DNA of 32,000 nucleotides from an archaeon (GCA_024275415.1 JAJRZD010000035.1:1-32000), one strand, 5' to 3'; shown: positions 9,047 through 18,365, numbered from the stretch's first letter. Made by a program: numbers and translations. Notes: generated by a model not told the origin, from the letters alone.

Positions 9047-9949
9047 ATGGATAAAATATCTGGGTATGTTACGATGCGCGATTTAGTAGTGTTAATACGT
9101 GACTTGGTAGAGCATTTACAATCGAAGAAAATTGGACGATTATTCAGAGCGGGACGAGTTATTGTTTTCGAGATTGGGTCACACCAGATTGCAATTCCCA
9201 TGGGTTGGTTATCAAGAGAGGTCATCTCAAAAATCAAGAATCGATATTACTCACCAATAGTACCCACACGCGGACTCAAGATGCTACGAACAATATCTCA
9301 AATGATTGATGAGATCACTGATTTTGATTTGATCAATATTGATATCCGAATCGATAGTGTGAGGAAGAAGCTCAAAAAACCCTCACGACCCGATGCATTT
9401 TCGGATAATCCCCCTGGGGTCGTACATTTCAAGTACAGACAAGAAAAACGGAAATTCCTATTTCTAAGCCAATATAGAGCAAATACAGTGTGCCAACATG
9501 AGATTCCTTTGATTGCACGTTTAGAACGGTGCTGGTCATTCGGAAAGATATTTCCAAGCTTTTGTCTTGTCGAAGAGAAACGAAATGCATGGCACCGCAT
9601 CTTCGAGATTGATGCTGTTTCCTTTTGTAATGGCGACCTTTTCATGTTCGAGCTGAAGCACAGCAAATACAGTGATGAATTCAAGATCCTCGAACACTTG
9701 TTATCTGCTGGACGAAAGATTCAGATTTGGAGAGAGAAAATGAACCTACCAATTAGAAAGATAATACCTATAGTCTATCTGCGCAAGAAATCAGACCTTG
9801 CTCCACAATATCTAAACATCATCTTTTTTGAGGACTTGCACGAGAGTTTTACTGCACACCATTTGTCTAATTTCATTGCATATCCCATCGACAAAGATAT
9901 TTCCAAGGTGAAACTAGATGGAATGGCAATAGAAATTGCCGAAAGTTAA
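9047..9949 (+). CDS. Hypothetical basic protein with a PD-(D/E)XK nuclease-like motif
   Basis: HE...FEIDAVSF....LFMFELKH pattern; AT-rich coding sequence. The ORF-track start at 8828 overlaps nrdG, so ATG 9047 is preferred. Confidence 0.55.
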   Translation: MDKISGYVTMRDLVVLIRDLVEHLQSKKIGRLFRAGRVIVFEIGSHQIAIPMGWLSREVISKIKNRYYSPIVPTRGLKMLRTISQMIDEITDFDLINIDIRIDSVRKKLKKPSRPDAFSDNPPGVVHFKYRQEKRKFLFLSQYRANTVCQHEIPLIARLERCWSFGKIFPSFCLVEEKRNAWHRIFEIDAVSFCNGDLFMFELKHSKYSDEFKILEHLLSAGRKIQIWREKMNLPIRKIIPIVYLRKKSDLAPQYLNIIFFEDLHESFTAHHLSNFIAYPIDKDISKVKLDGMAIEIAES

Positions 9950-10243
9950 AACATGTCAATACTAAGTGAAATGCCTACAGCTTGTATATCCACGAGTCTG
10001 TATTATTGTGTACAGGTCCTTTACAGCTCGTTTCTCTAGTATGCTGAACCGAACGTGATGAATTTTGGTTTGGAGTCGTGGATGTAGTGGCATAGGATGT
10101 TAACCAAGAGGTATCACCAAACACCCCATCACTTTTTTACGCAATGCCCTTTCTGTGGGTACAGAAATAACCTTAAAAGTGCCCTTCTAATTTCGTAGTT
10201 TTGACCAGTTTGGTAAAAGGCATTGTATTTGGAGTGTTTGATT

Positions 10244-10984
10244 ATGTTTCCGACTCAGAGTATGGGTTATGATAGAGCAATAACAGTATTCAGTCCTGAG
10301 GGACGACTTTATCAGGTGGAGTATGCGACTGAAGCAGTCCGCCACGGTCCTTTGGCGGTTGGAGTGAAAGTTGAAACTGGGGTCGTGTTGGTGGGTGAGA
10401 AACGTTCTCCCAACAAGTTGGTTGACCTCTCCACATTGAAGAAGATTCTACTTATCGATGATCATGTCGGAACAGCAATAGCAGGACTTCATGCAGATGC
10501 TAGGAAGCTCATCGACCAAGCCAGAATTCGTGCACAGATTAATCGGTTGAGTTATGATGAGCCCATCTCTATCCAGTCGCTAGTCGTTGATATATGTGAC
10601 ACGAAGCAGATGCATACCCAATATGGTGGTGTGCGACCATTTGGGGTTTCACTATTGCTCGCAGGCATTGATGATCATGGCCCACAACTCTATACAACTG
10701 ATCCTTCTGGGTCTTTCTGGGGTTGGAAAGCCGCAGCGATAGGCAAGGAGTCTGAACGAGTTCGGGACTTCTTCGTTGAGAAATACAATCCCAAGGCAAA
10801 ACTTGATGCTGCTCTCCAATTAGCGCTAGATGCTATCGATGAGGTCAGTGCTGATACATCCAAACCCGAGGAGCGTAAGGAAACCTTAGAGATCGGGATG
10901 ATCAATTCTGCTGATATGAAGTTCAGAATCCTTTCAGATGATGAAGTTGAAGGCATTCTGAAAACAAGAATAAAGCCAGAATAG
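10244..10984 (+). CDS. psmA: Archaeal proteasome subunit alpha
   Basis: GYDRAITVFSPEGRLYQVEYA signature, GLHADAR, RPFGVSLL, TDPSG, AIG. Confidence 0.96.
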   Translation: MFPTQSMGYDRAITVFSPEGRLYQVEYATEAVRHGPLAVGVKVETGVVLVGEKRSPNKLVDLSTLKKILLIDDHVGTAIAGLHADARKLIDQARIRAQINRLSYDEPISIQSLVVDICDTKQMHTQYGGVRPFGVSLLLAGIDDHGPQLYTTDPSGSFWGWKAAAIGKESERVRDFFVEKYNPKAKLDAALQLALDAIDEVSADTSKPEERKETLEIGMINSADMKFRILSDDEVEGILKTRIKPE

Positions 10985-10990
10985 AGGATG

Positions 10991-11329
10991 TCATGTGATA
11001 TCCTCTAGGAAGCATTTCTTGTTCGCGGCACATCTAATGGTTCGCTTGACCTCTTCCTCATCGAGAATGCCTGTCATCACAACATCACAAACCCTGACAG
11101 CTGGCGCTGTGGTCACACCATCGATGTTCGGTGCATCAGGTATTGAGGACTTGTGTACCATGTTGATGACCTCTACCGAATATCCCTCATCTTTTAGTAG
11201 ATCCTCAACGTAAAGGTTCACCATATCACAGAGGTGACAATCCTCTGTCTTGTATATGGCGATACAGCCATTGCGACCGCAAGCCGTTCTGCGATTCTCT
11301 CTTTCGTATGGACTGGGGGAATCCATCAT
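10991..11329 (-). CDS. Small thioredoxin/glutaredoxin-fold protein
   Basis: beta-strand IAIY, CHLC (CxxC), cis-Pro-like TAPAVRV, then GIL....V...I; additional Cys at both termini. Confidence 0.65.
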   Translation of the reverse strand: MMDSPSPYERENRRTACGRNGCIAIYKTEDCHLCDMVNLYVEDLLKDEGYSVEVINMVHKSSIPDAPNIDGVTTAPAVRVCDVVMTGILDEEEVKRTIRCAANKKCFLEDIT

Positions 11330-11408
11330 TCAATCAAACCGGTGATTCTCAACCTGCTTATGAAGCAGTGTATTAGTGCAATGGGCTTCTACGTGTCCAA
11401 ACCTTCAC

Positions 11409-12294
11409 TTATTTCCTTGCTTTTTCTTCGAGCTTGTCAATAATCATCCCTGCGATATCTATGCCTGTGACTCTTGAGAGGGCACTCCATGAGGGTGATG
11501 CGTTGGCCTCGATGACACACGGCCCATCAGGAGACTCAAGAATATCTATTCCCGTGTAATCAAGCTTGAGTGTTTCTGCGGTTCGGATAGCGCATTCATA
11601 GTATTCATCATCAAGATCTACCATCTCTGCACGTCCTCCCCCATGCACATTCGTCCTCCACTCGCCCTCGATATCCTTGGGCAAATAGCGGTACATCGCC
11701 CCCACGACCTCATCTCCTATAACGAAAGCACGGATGTCTCTGTCAGGCTTCGGGATCATCTCTTGCACGTAGAGCACCTGTCCGAGTTGATGGATGAACT
11801 TCATCGCCCTGTACGTAAGGGCTGGCATCTCGGCGTGGACTGCACCCATCCCACGAGCTCCTATCATAGGCTTCACAATAACGTCACCAACTTCTTCCAC
11901 AAAGGCTATGGCAGCCTCAAGATTCTCACCGATGTATGTACGTGGAACCCTGATCCCTGCTTTCTGCAACGCCGTCAGGGTCGCATACTTGTCCTTTGCC
12001 CGTCTGAACGAGTACGCGGGATTCATCACATAGATTCCCGCATCTTCAAAATGCTCAAGCAGACTAATCCGATACGTGATTTGGTCTCCTGTTCCAAAGC
12101 CAATCGTTCTGACAATAATCCCATGCATATCTGAGATGTCCTCGTCGAGATGGATGAACCTGTTAGGTATCTCGGAGCCTACATCCGAGAGTCGGATAGG
12201 CCGTACTTTGTGGTTTCTTTTCTCCATCGCATCAATGAGGTTCCTTGTCACCCAATTATTCACGTTCTCGAAAAAACGATATCCCGAAGTACAT
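11409..12294 (-). CDS. RimK-family ATP-grasp alpha-L-glutamate ligase (MptN/CofF/LysX-like); probable 1-nt frameshift near the N-terminus
   Basis: RTIGFG..DQI..R, AKDKY, VKPMIGARGMG, YVQEMI, DIRAFVIG, WRTNVHGGG, GIDIL, EANASP. ATG 12294 (MYFGISF) reaches the main frame only if one T is removed from the T6 run (+ strand 12271-12276). The ORF-track start is 12329. Confidence 0.88.
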
Positions 12295-12374
12295 GATTCG
12301 AGATTGGATTGTGGTGAATAAAAAGCCATGCCTATGGAAACTGGATCAAGTTTGACTTCTGCGGCGAACCTGTG

Positions 12375-12638
12375 TCATGTACCTTTGGCTTGGCAACCTT
12401 GTCTGTCTGGAACACATGAAGCCCCATCGATACAGTCCAAGAATTGTCGGAGTGTGATCCTTACGAATCCCAGCTCCTGTCTTCTTTGGTTATCTAGCTC
12501 TGATGCCTCTGCTAATGTAAAATCGTAGATCTGATTCTTCCCTGCTGCCTTCAATGCCTGCTCTCTCTTGCTAAAGAATGTCCACATCGCTCCACATCCC
12601 TCGAATCCCCACACTTTCGCTAGATATTGGTGTTTCAT
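12375..12638 (-). CDS. Hypothetical protein (87 aa), Cys-containing C-terminus
   Basis: ATG-started ORF of plausible composition in the gap between the RimK-family gene and msrB. Confidence 0.5.
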   Translation of the reverse strand: MKHQYLAKVWGFEGCGAMWTFFSKREQALKAAGKNQIYDFTLAEASELDNQRRQELGFVRITLRQFLDCIDGASCVPDRQGCQAKGT

Positions 12639-12746
12639 TTGATTCCACTCAAATGCTGTGGATCACCTATTAAGCACAATGATTGGGGATGCTCTATCCA
12701 ATGCCCTATTCGAATCCTTTTAGCCACTTGATACCAATGACACTTG

Positions 12747-13148
12747 GTGCAGAACTTGGACAAAAGCGAGAAAGAATGGCGACTGGAGCTGACCCCTGAA
12801 CAGTATAGCGTCCTACGACAGTGTGGCACTGAACCTCCTTTTTCAGGCAAGTATGTCCACCACAAGGGAAACGGGATATATCTCTGCGCTGGATGTGGGA
12901 ACCCGCTATTTGCTTCTGGAGCCAAATTCGATTCGGGAAGTGGATGGCCAAGTTTCTGGGATGCTATTTCTGAGGGGAGCGTCGAAAAGAAGATCGACAC
13001 GAGCTATGGTATGCGTCGCATCGAGGTCGTCTGTAAGAAATGTGGGGGGCACCTCGGACATGTGTTTGATGATGGGCCTGATCCGACAGGTCTCCGGTAT
13101 TGCATAAACTCGGCTGCCCTTGACTTCAAGGAACACGAAGAAAAGTAA
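12747..13148 (+). CDS. msrB: Peptide-methionine (R)-S-oxide reductase
   Basis: EWR..LTPEQY.VLRQ.GTEPPF, Zn CAGC/CKKC, KFDSGSGWPSF, HLGHVF.DGP.PTGLRYCINSAAL. Confidence 0.96.
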   Translation: MQNLDKSEKEWRLELTPEQYSVLRQCGTEPPFSGKYVHHKGNGIYLCAGCGNPLFASGAKFDSGSGWPSFWDAISEGSVEKKIDTSYGMRRIEVVCKKCGGHLGHVFDDGPDPTGLRYCINSAALDFKEHEEK

Positions 13149-13254
13149 TTCGTGTAGTCGGATTTCTTTAGTCCATTGGGACTTGATATCAATGAGATGT
13201 TCTGCCAAGAAAAATGAACGGAGTGGAGGGAATTATCCCCCCAACTTTTGGATG

Positions 13255-13748
13255 CTAGATAGTGAACTCAGTTCCACAGTTCTCGCATTCCACTCTGTCG
13301 CCAATCACATAGTTTCCGGCCAAGGGGCATCACAATGTGGGCATCTGGGAATCTTGAGGACTCTGGCTGAATCTCTTAACTCTCTACCTACGAGTGCGGC
13401 GTCCTTGGAGATGAGCTCGCCAGTTGATTTGTCGAACGTCCCTGTGATCTGTCCCCCTGCAATGAGATGAAGGGTGTTATTTCGAACTCTATCCTCATCC
13501 ATTTCAATGATTTTGGACAGCTCGATCATGGTGACTCTGGGGTATGACTTTAAGGCACCTTTCACAATGGCATTTTGAAACACACCAATAACAGGAGTGC
13601 TTGGGCGACTTGGGCCTGGTCCGACCTAGTTGTCGAAACGGCTGGCGGAGGTTCGGTCTTTGGCTATGAAAAAGTCTAGTCCTTGAAATTAGCATGGATG
13701 ATTGCGTGTCAAAATTCCAACACCTCGGTTCTTACCACCATCAGTCAT
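13255..13748 (-). pseudogene. Disrupted PCI (winged-helix) domain protein with a C-terminal double zinc ribbon
   Basis: The core (13583-13330) reads like a PCI/WH tail (LKSYPRVTMIELSKIIEMDEDRVRNNTLHLIAGGQITGTFDKSTGEL). CPHC is followed in a shifted frame by GNYVIGDRVECENCGTEFTI* (one C missing in a C4 run, + strand 13324-13327). The 5' part from ATG 13748 has in-frame TAA and TAG. Confidence 0.65.
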
Positions 13749-13918
13749 GTGGCATCAGGTTGGATTTTTCTCACATCTCCTGTATCTTATATCATCTAAG
13801 GGAATGGTGCTTTTAGACATGTGACCTCATCAACTGACAGTAATCAGCTATGAATAGACACAAGTCTTCCATCTTGGTTGTAACAAAGTCTAAGTGTTGT
13901 CGTTCATGACTAAGGAAT

Positions 13919-14704
13919 ATGACACTTCCCGGATTGACAAAGGCACAGATGATAATGATTGACCGGATGATGATGGAGAACCTTGAAGTTCCAGTGGAAC
14001 TTATGATGGAACATGCAGGGTCGAGCCTCGCACGGCTTGCCGTGAAGCAAGCTCCGAAGAACGATGCGGACTTCACAATCATTGTTGGTTCGGGGAATAA
14101 TGGGGCTGGTGGGATGGTAGCAGCTCGAAGGCTGGCCAGCTGGGGGCACAATGTGGAAGTGTATGCTCCCCGGGGGATTGTTTCTTTTCGAAGGGTTCCT
14201 GCAGGTCAGTTTTCTCGCTTGCGTGCTCTAGACATCCCCGTATCAAACGATATTCCCTCGGAGTCAAAGTCTTCCGATGTCGTTATTGATGCATATTTGG
14301 GGTATGGATTCGTTTCACGAGAGGATCGCATTACAGCCCGTGTGTTCGACTTCTTCTCAAAGCAAGACAACCTGATATGCCTTGATGTCCCGTCAGGGCT
14401 TGATCCTGACAATGGAGAAAGCGAGGTCGAATCGAACCCAAAGGCGACATTGACCATCGCGTTCGTCAAGAAGGGTCTCTTGAAGGCTTATCCTAACCGT
14501 ACAGGTGATTTGTTTGTTTGTGATGTCGGTGTCCCAATGGAAACTATCCGAAACTCACTTGGGATTATGTGGACGGCCCCTTACTCACAGGAATCTCTTT
14601 CACATCTCACTGACGCATTTCAGATCAACTCGATGGTAGAAACTGAAATTGTAGTTTCTAATGCCAAATTGGGATGGATTCCGAAAAATGTTCGAAACCA
14701 ATAG
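13919..14704 (+). CDS. nnrE: NAD(P)H-hydrate epimerase (stand-alone YjeF_N)
   Basis: IDR...LMMEHAG, GSGNNGAGG.VAAR.L, DAYLGYG, LDVPSG, TLTIAFVKKGL, DVGVP. Confidence 0.88.
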   Translation: MTLPGLTKAQMIMIDRMMMENLEVPVELMMEHAGSSLARLAVKQAPKNDADFTIIVGSGNNGAGGMVAARRLASWGHNVEVYAPRGIVSFRRVPAGQFSRLRALDIPVSNDIPSESKSSDVVIDAYLGYGFVSREDRITARVFDFFSKQDNLICLDVPSGLDPDNGESEVESNPKATLTIAFVKKGLLKAYPNRTGDLFVCDVGVPMETIRNSLGIMWTAPYSQESLSHLTDAFQINSMVETEIVVSNAKLGWIPKNVRNQ

Positions 14705-14745
14705 TCATTCCAACGATATCTAACGATATCAGTCATTGAGCAGGC

Positions 14746-14760
14746 GGAAATAACTTATAT
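14746..14760 (+). promoter_or_regulatory. Putative BRE-TATA box for the 14783 gene (leaderless-type spacing)
   Basis: GCGGAAATAACTTATAT about 22 nt upstream of ATG 14783. Confidence 0.45.
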
Positions 14761-14782
14761 CCATTCATACTATAAAATAGGT

Positions 14783-15070
14783 ATGAGCGGGAAAGAAAAA
14801 CCCTTTGAAAGGATGGTTTCATACCTGGTTGAAACATATGGCATGTCACGTCAAGGTGCCGAAAAGCTAGTAGTTCAGAGTTCAGAAGCGATTTACACCA
14901 CAAGGGAGCAGATCAAATATCGGAACCTGCTCGAGCGGCTCATGAAAGAGAAAAGCTGGGACGAAGCACGTGTTGAAGCCTGCAAGGCTGTAATCAACAG
15001 CAATCCCACATGGAACATGATTGCAGAAGACGCCCACAAGTATCAGCTTTCAGGACGGCTATTCGTATAG
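14783..15070 (+). CDS. Hypothetical protein (95 aa, helical)
   Basis: ATG-started ORF with its own TATA-like box and natural composition. Confidence 0.7.
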   Translation: MSGKEKPFERMVSYLVETYGMSRQGAEKLVVQSSEAIYTTREQIKYRNLLERLMKEKSWDEARVEACKAVINSNPTWNMIAEDAHKYQLSGRLFV

Positions 15071-15149
15071 ACATTGGTGACATAGTCCGGCATGGCTTCC
15101 CAGTTACAAACGTCATGTTTTTCTGTCATCTTTCTCAGTTTCACTTAGG

Positions 15150-16172
15150 ATGATTCGAAGGATTACCGAACTTTCCGCGAAGATGGCTGCTGAAAGTAGT
15201 GATGACCCCGAAGCTCTAGAGAGAAGGTTCCAGGCTGCAAAAGGGCAATCTCCCCGTTTTCTTCTTCTTTCTCCTATTCATCGGAGCGCTCAGGACTTGC
15301 AGGTCTTTCGATTTGGGCAGGGAGACGCGTTCCATGCCACAAGAGTGACCGAACAGATTCTTCCTCTACCTAAGAACTCACCATTCCTATTTGCTGGTCC
15401 CGCAGCATATAATCGGCAATTCCCTGAAAAGTCGGGGGTTATCATTACCTTTGATCTTGAAGAACCTGGAGCAGTCGTGAGAGAGTCCATTCAGCATGCT
15501 GCTGAACACCCTGATTTCAAGGAGTTGCCTATATCTGCGTTCCGAGTAGATTACGAAGGTGCGAGTGTGAGGTTGATAGCCCATGGCTTCGACAGGGACT
15601 ACGAGCTTGAGAACTACGTTTTGAAACGTGTGTCAAAGCCCGACTATCTCGACGATGATACTCTTGCAGTTCTCTGCTCGGACTCCCGGGTCCGCCCTCC
15701 CTTGACTCCTAACGGACTGCCTATGGCAATCCAAACTCTTGGAGCATATCTCCCTGCATATAATGAGACCCTTGAAGAAACAGTCCAATTGAACCAATTC
15801 TTTGGGAATTGGCTGAGCAAAGAGTCTATAGAACGCAGGATTATTGTTGTGGTACATGGCAATTTTGAGGGTGAGGGGCCTCCCTGTGGAGCAGCGCAAG
15901 CTTCGCTTTCTGTGGAAGATATCCGCGAAGATTATCTTCGGCGTGTCATCAAGGTCATTGATGCGGATGCCCGTCATGCCGAGGAGAATCTAGCAGGCAC
16001 TCCTGAGGAACGAGCTGTGACAATCGGTAAGGTATCACTTGCTAATCTGCGAACGTATCCCGCTGTCGCGGATGCAATCAAAAAGGGAGTGCTCCACGAA
16101 GACTTCATGAGAGTTCTCAAGATGGATACAGTTACCAATGTGGTATCCCCGTATGAACTCGAGCCTCTTTGA
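15150..16172 (+). CDS. Beta-class carbonic anhydrase-like protein (degenerate N-terminal half plus Zn-ligand-bearing C-terminal half)
   Basis: VLCSDSRV (Cys-x-Asp-x-Arg) and VVHG...CGA; C-terminal N...L...P.V...I..G.L region typical of beta-CA. Confidence 0.6.
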   Translation: MIRRITELSAKMAAESSDDPEALERRFQAAKGQSPRFLLLSPIHRSAQDLQVFRFGQGDAFHATRVTEQILPLPKNSPFLFAGPAAYNRQFPEKSGVIITFDLEEPGAVVRESIQHAAEHPDFKELPISAFRVDYEGASVRLIAHGFDRDYELENYVLKRVSKPDYLDDDTLAVLCSDSRVRPPLTPNGLPMAIQTLGAYLPAYNETLEETVQLNQFFGNWLSKESIERRIIVVVHGNFEGEGPPCGAAQASLSVEDIREDYLRRVIKVIDADARHAEENLAGTPEERAVTIGKVSLANLRTYPAVADAIKKGVLHEDFMRVLKMDTVTNVVSPYELEPL

Positions 16173-16193
16173 TTCAATATGCCTCCAATCGTT

Positions 16194-16850
16194 TCAGAGT
16201 TCTCCTGTAAATGTCAGGATATGGTCTTCAAATCGTGTCAGTTCCTGAAGGAACGAGTTCAGCTTGAAAATAGGAACTACTGGCACGCCCTCATGAATCT
16301 CGACATCCTCTGCAATCCATGTGACTACAATAGGTCTGAGAAAGTAGGTTCCATGGTTCAACGTGGTGAATCTTCTCGTTAGGCTCTGCAAATCGTTGGA
16401 CAGTCGTCTGGCCCGGTTCATCTGTTTCAATGCCGCCTCTTTGATTGCAGAGGTCTTTCCCTTTCGGATGCCCCACATCTTTGCATCGATGACTAAGACT
16501 GAATTCCCCTTTACACCAATGACATCGATTTCCATTCCTCCCTCGGTGGAGTTTCCCTTTTTCCTATAGCTCTCGGTACATACATACTCGTGTTCTCCCA
16601 ATACCTGTGCGATAAACCCCTCAAAGTCCTTCCATGTCAGATACTGGATGACTGTTTCCGCATTGCACCCTTGTCTTATGGTTTCCATCGCAACAGCTAT
16701 CCTTCCATCTCTTTTCTCCTGTATTGTCCAATCCGAATCTGCCATGATTTGTGAAACTACCTCCTGCAGATGTTCAGGCAATTGTTCTACCTCGCAGCTT
16801 TTTGTGATTTTGAGAATTGTAAGCAGCTCGTTGATGTTGGCGTAAGTCAT
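16194..16850 (-). CDS. PD-(D/E)XK / NERD- or Mrr-like endonuclease-domain protein
   Basis: WKDFEGFIAQVL....EIDVIGVKGNSVLVIDAKMW; C-terminal GVPVVPI.KL.SFL. Confidence 0.75.
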   Translation of the reverse strand: MTYANINELLTILKITKSCEVEQLPEHLQEVVSQIMADSDWTIQEKRDGRIAVAMETIRQGCNAETVIQYLTWKDFEGFIAQVLGEHEYVCTESYRKKGNSTEGGMEIDVIGVKGNSVLVIDAKMWGIRKGKTSAIKEAALKQMNRARRLSNDLQSLTRRFTTLNHGTYFLRPIVVTWIAEDVEIHEGVPVVPIFKLNSFLQELTRFEDHILTFTGEL

Positions 16851-16875
16851 TGTTATTTGTTGGGCATCACGTTAG

Positions 16876-16882
16876 TTTATAA
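16876..16882. promoter_or_regulatory. Putative shared TATA box for two divergent genes
   Basis: TTTATAA containing palindromic TTATAA, 26-28 nt from ATG 16850 (-) and ATG 16911 (+). Confidence 0.45.
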
Positions 16883-16910
16883 CCTCCGATGCAGACAATG
16901 CAGTAGGTTG

Positions 16911-17411
16911 ATGGATATGTCCGAAACGGATGAGGGATGGCGTCGAGTCCTTACAGCTTTTGATGACTGGATTTCATACGAAGGGTCTGAGTTCATGCCA
17001 TGGACGGGATACTTCTCATTGGAAGGATTGCGAGACCTAACTCATCAAGAGCGGATAGGTTGGATGCACAATATGGTCGATGAGATTATCCCTTCTCGCA
17101 TAGATCGATGCCGAGAAGCAGGTGTCGCCCTTGAGGATTTCTTGCCATATATGCCTAATCCTGAAACAATTGAAACAGTCCGATCCATGATAGACCTGAA
17201 TGTCACACTACAAGACCTGATGCTCAGGATGAGCGACATCTTTGCCAATATGCTAGACGAATACAAGAGCGGTGGCATGGATGAGATTGTTGTGTATCTT
17301 GAATCAATAGCATCCTGCGAGGAGGAGATCAGGCACCACATGAGCTTGTACTCTAAGGGATTTGGGAAGCTTCAGGCACTCGGCTTAACGATACCGGACG
17401 ACTTTCAATGA
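16911..17411 (+). CDS. Hypothetical acidic helical protein
   Basis: Natural composition from MDMSETDEGW; the ORF-track start at 16770 overlaps the divergent gene. Confidence 0.75.
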   Translation: MDMSETDEGWRRVLTAFDDWISYEGSEFMPWTGYFSLEGLRDLTHQERIGWMHNMVDEIIPSRIDRCREAGVALEDFLPYMPNPETIETVRSMIDLNVTLQDLMLRMSDIFANMLDEYKSGGMDEIVVYLESIASCEEEIRHHMSLYSKGFGKLQALGLTIPDDFQ

Positions 17412-17911
17412 CTGTTCATTGTAATTTGCACAAACTTTGAAATCAGAGTGTCCCACTTCCAGATAGCAATACAGGTGGGCTCTGAGATTCATAGTTGCCT
17501 GTCAGGGCTACCTCCGACCTTTATTCCAGAGGTCAGTATATACAGGTCTGCGATGGTTGCCAAATTGTTGTTTAAATTATGTGCGACTTTCTGTAATTTG
17601 CGGTCAAAAATCCGAAAGATCTTTGATTCCTCAACAGAACCTTTACTGGGGGCGCTGTATAATAAATCACAGTTCCAGACATCGAGTGAGGATCAGACCT
17701 TCCTCTTAATGAGCCAATCCATCAATCGTTAGTATTACTTACATGAATTCACGCATTATTTTACAGAGCCCTTAATGGAGAAAATCTTAAATGATATGAA
17801 TCACCATGGAATCATGGAACCATTCCTAGACCAAGGCGTGGTTCTGTTTGTATATGTTTGATATTCTTTTTTCTCTCAGAATCTATACCATTCCTCGTCT
17901 AATGATGGTGA

Positions 17912-18365
17912 TCATGTATCTGGTTTTTCTATATCGATAATATGCGCATACCACTGTGGACAATAATTTGATATCTGGTTCATGAATTCAGTAACAGGTA
18001 CCTGAATTGCAGGCCCATCTTCCCAGTATTCATTTACAATCTGAACCGGCACCTCAGAACCATCTGCTAGTTCTTTTCTTTTGGTTCTAAGAGTGTTCTT
18101 AGGAATGATGCAATAACAAATCATGACATCATTTTCCATAAGATTTCGTCCTTGCACTGTGCCTGCAATGTCTAGCAGATGATATGTTTTATACACAAAC
18201 CTCGAATTTTGTATACCGATAGCTCCAACATGAGTGTGTATTGATTCTGCATAGGTCTTCCAAAATCGGCTTTCGTTTTTTATTCGAATTAGAACACCGA
18301 TACATGCCTTGAAGTTTCCATCCACTTCGTTCGAACACCCTCGAGTCAACAGCGATTACTGCCAC
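17912..18365 (-). pseudogene. Hypothetical protein with a probable 1-nt frameshift near the 5' end
   Basis: AGGAGG (+ strand 18374-18379) sits 8 nt before GTG 18365 (MAVIAVDSRVFER). This joins the long ORF (VDGNFKACIGVLIRIK...) only if one A near 18326 is removed. Confidence 0.5.

Noticed and set aside
10055-10061. GTGATGA as a C box of a C/D sRNA
   Set aside because: No CTGA D box at a suitable distance downstream and no terminal stem.
12330-12377. TGA of the 87-aa ORF is in frame with the RimK ORF, suggesting a selenocysteine read-through fusion
   Set aside because: No redox motif around the TGA, no SECIS recognised, and the RimK domain has its own plausible start at 12294; same-frame adjacency is a one-in-three coincidence.
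14087-14125. NnrE motif GNNGAGG lacking the Asp of GNNGGDG
   Set aside because: Asp-less variants are, as recalled, found in stand-alone archaeal and actinobacterial NnrE; the other motifs are intact.
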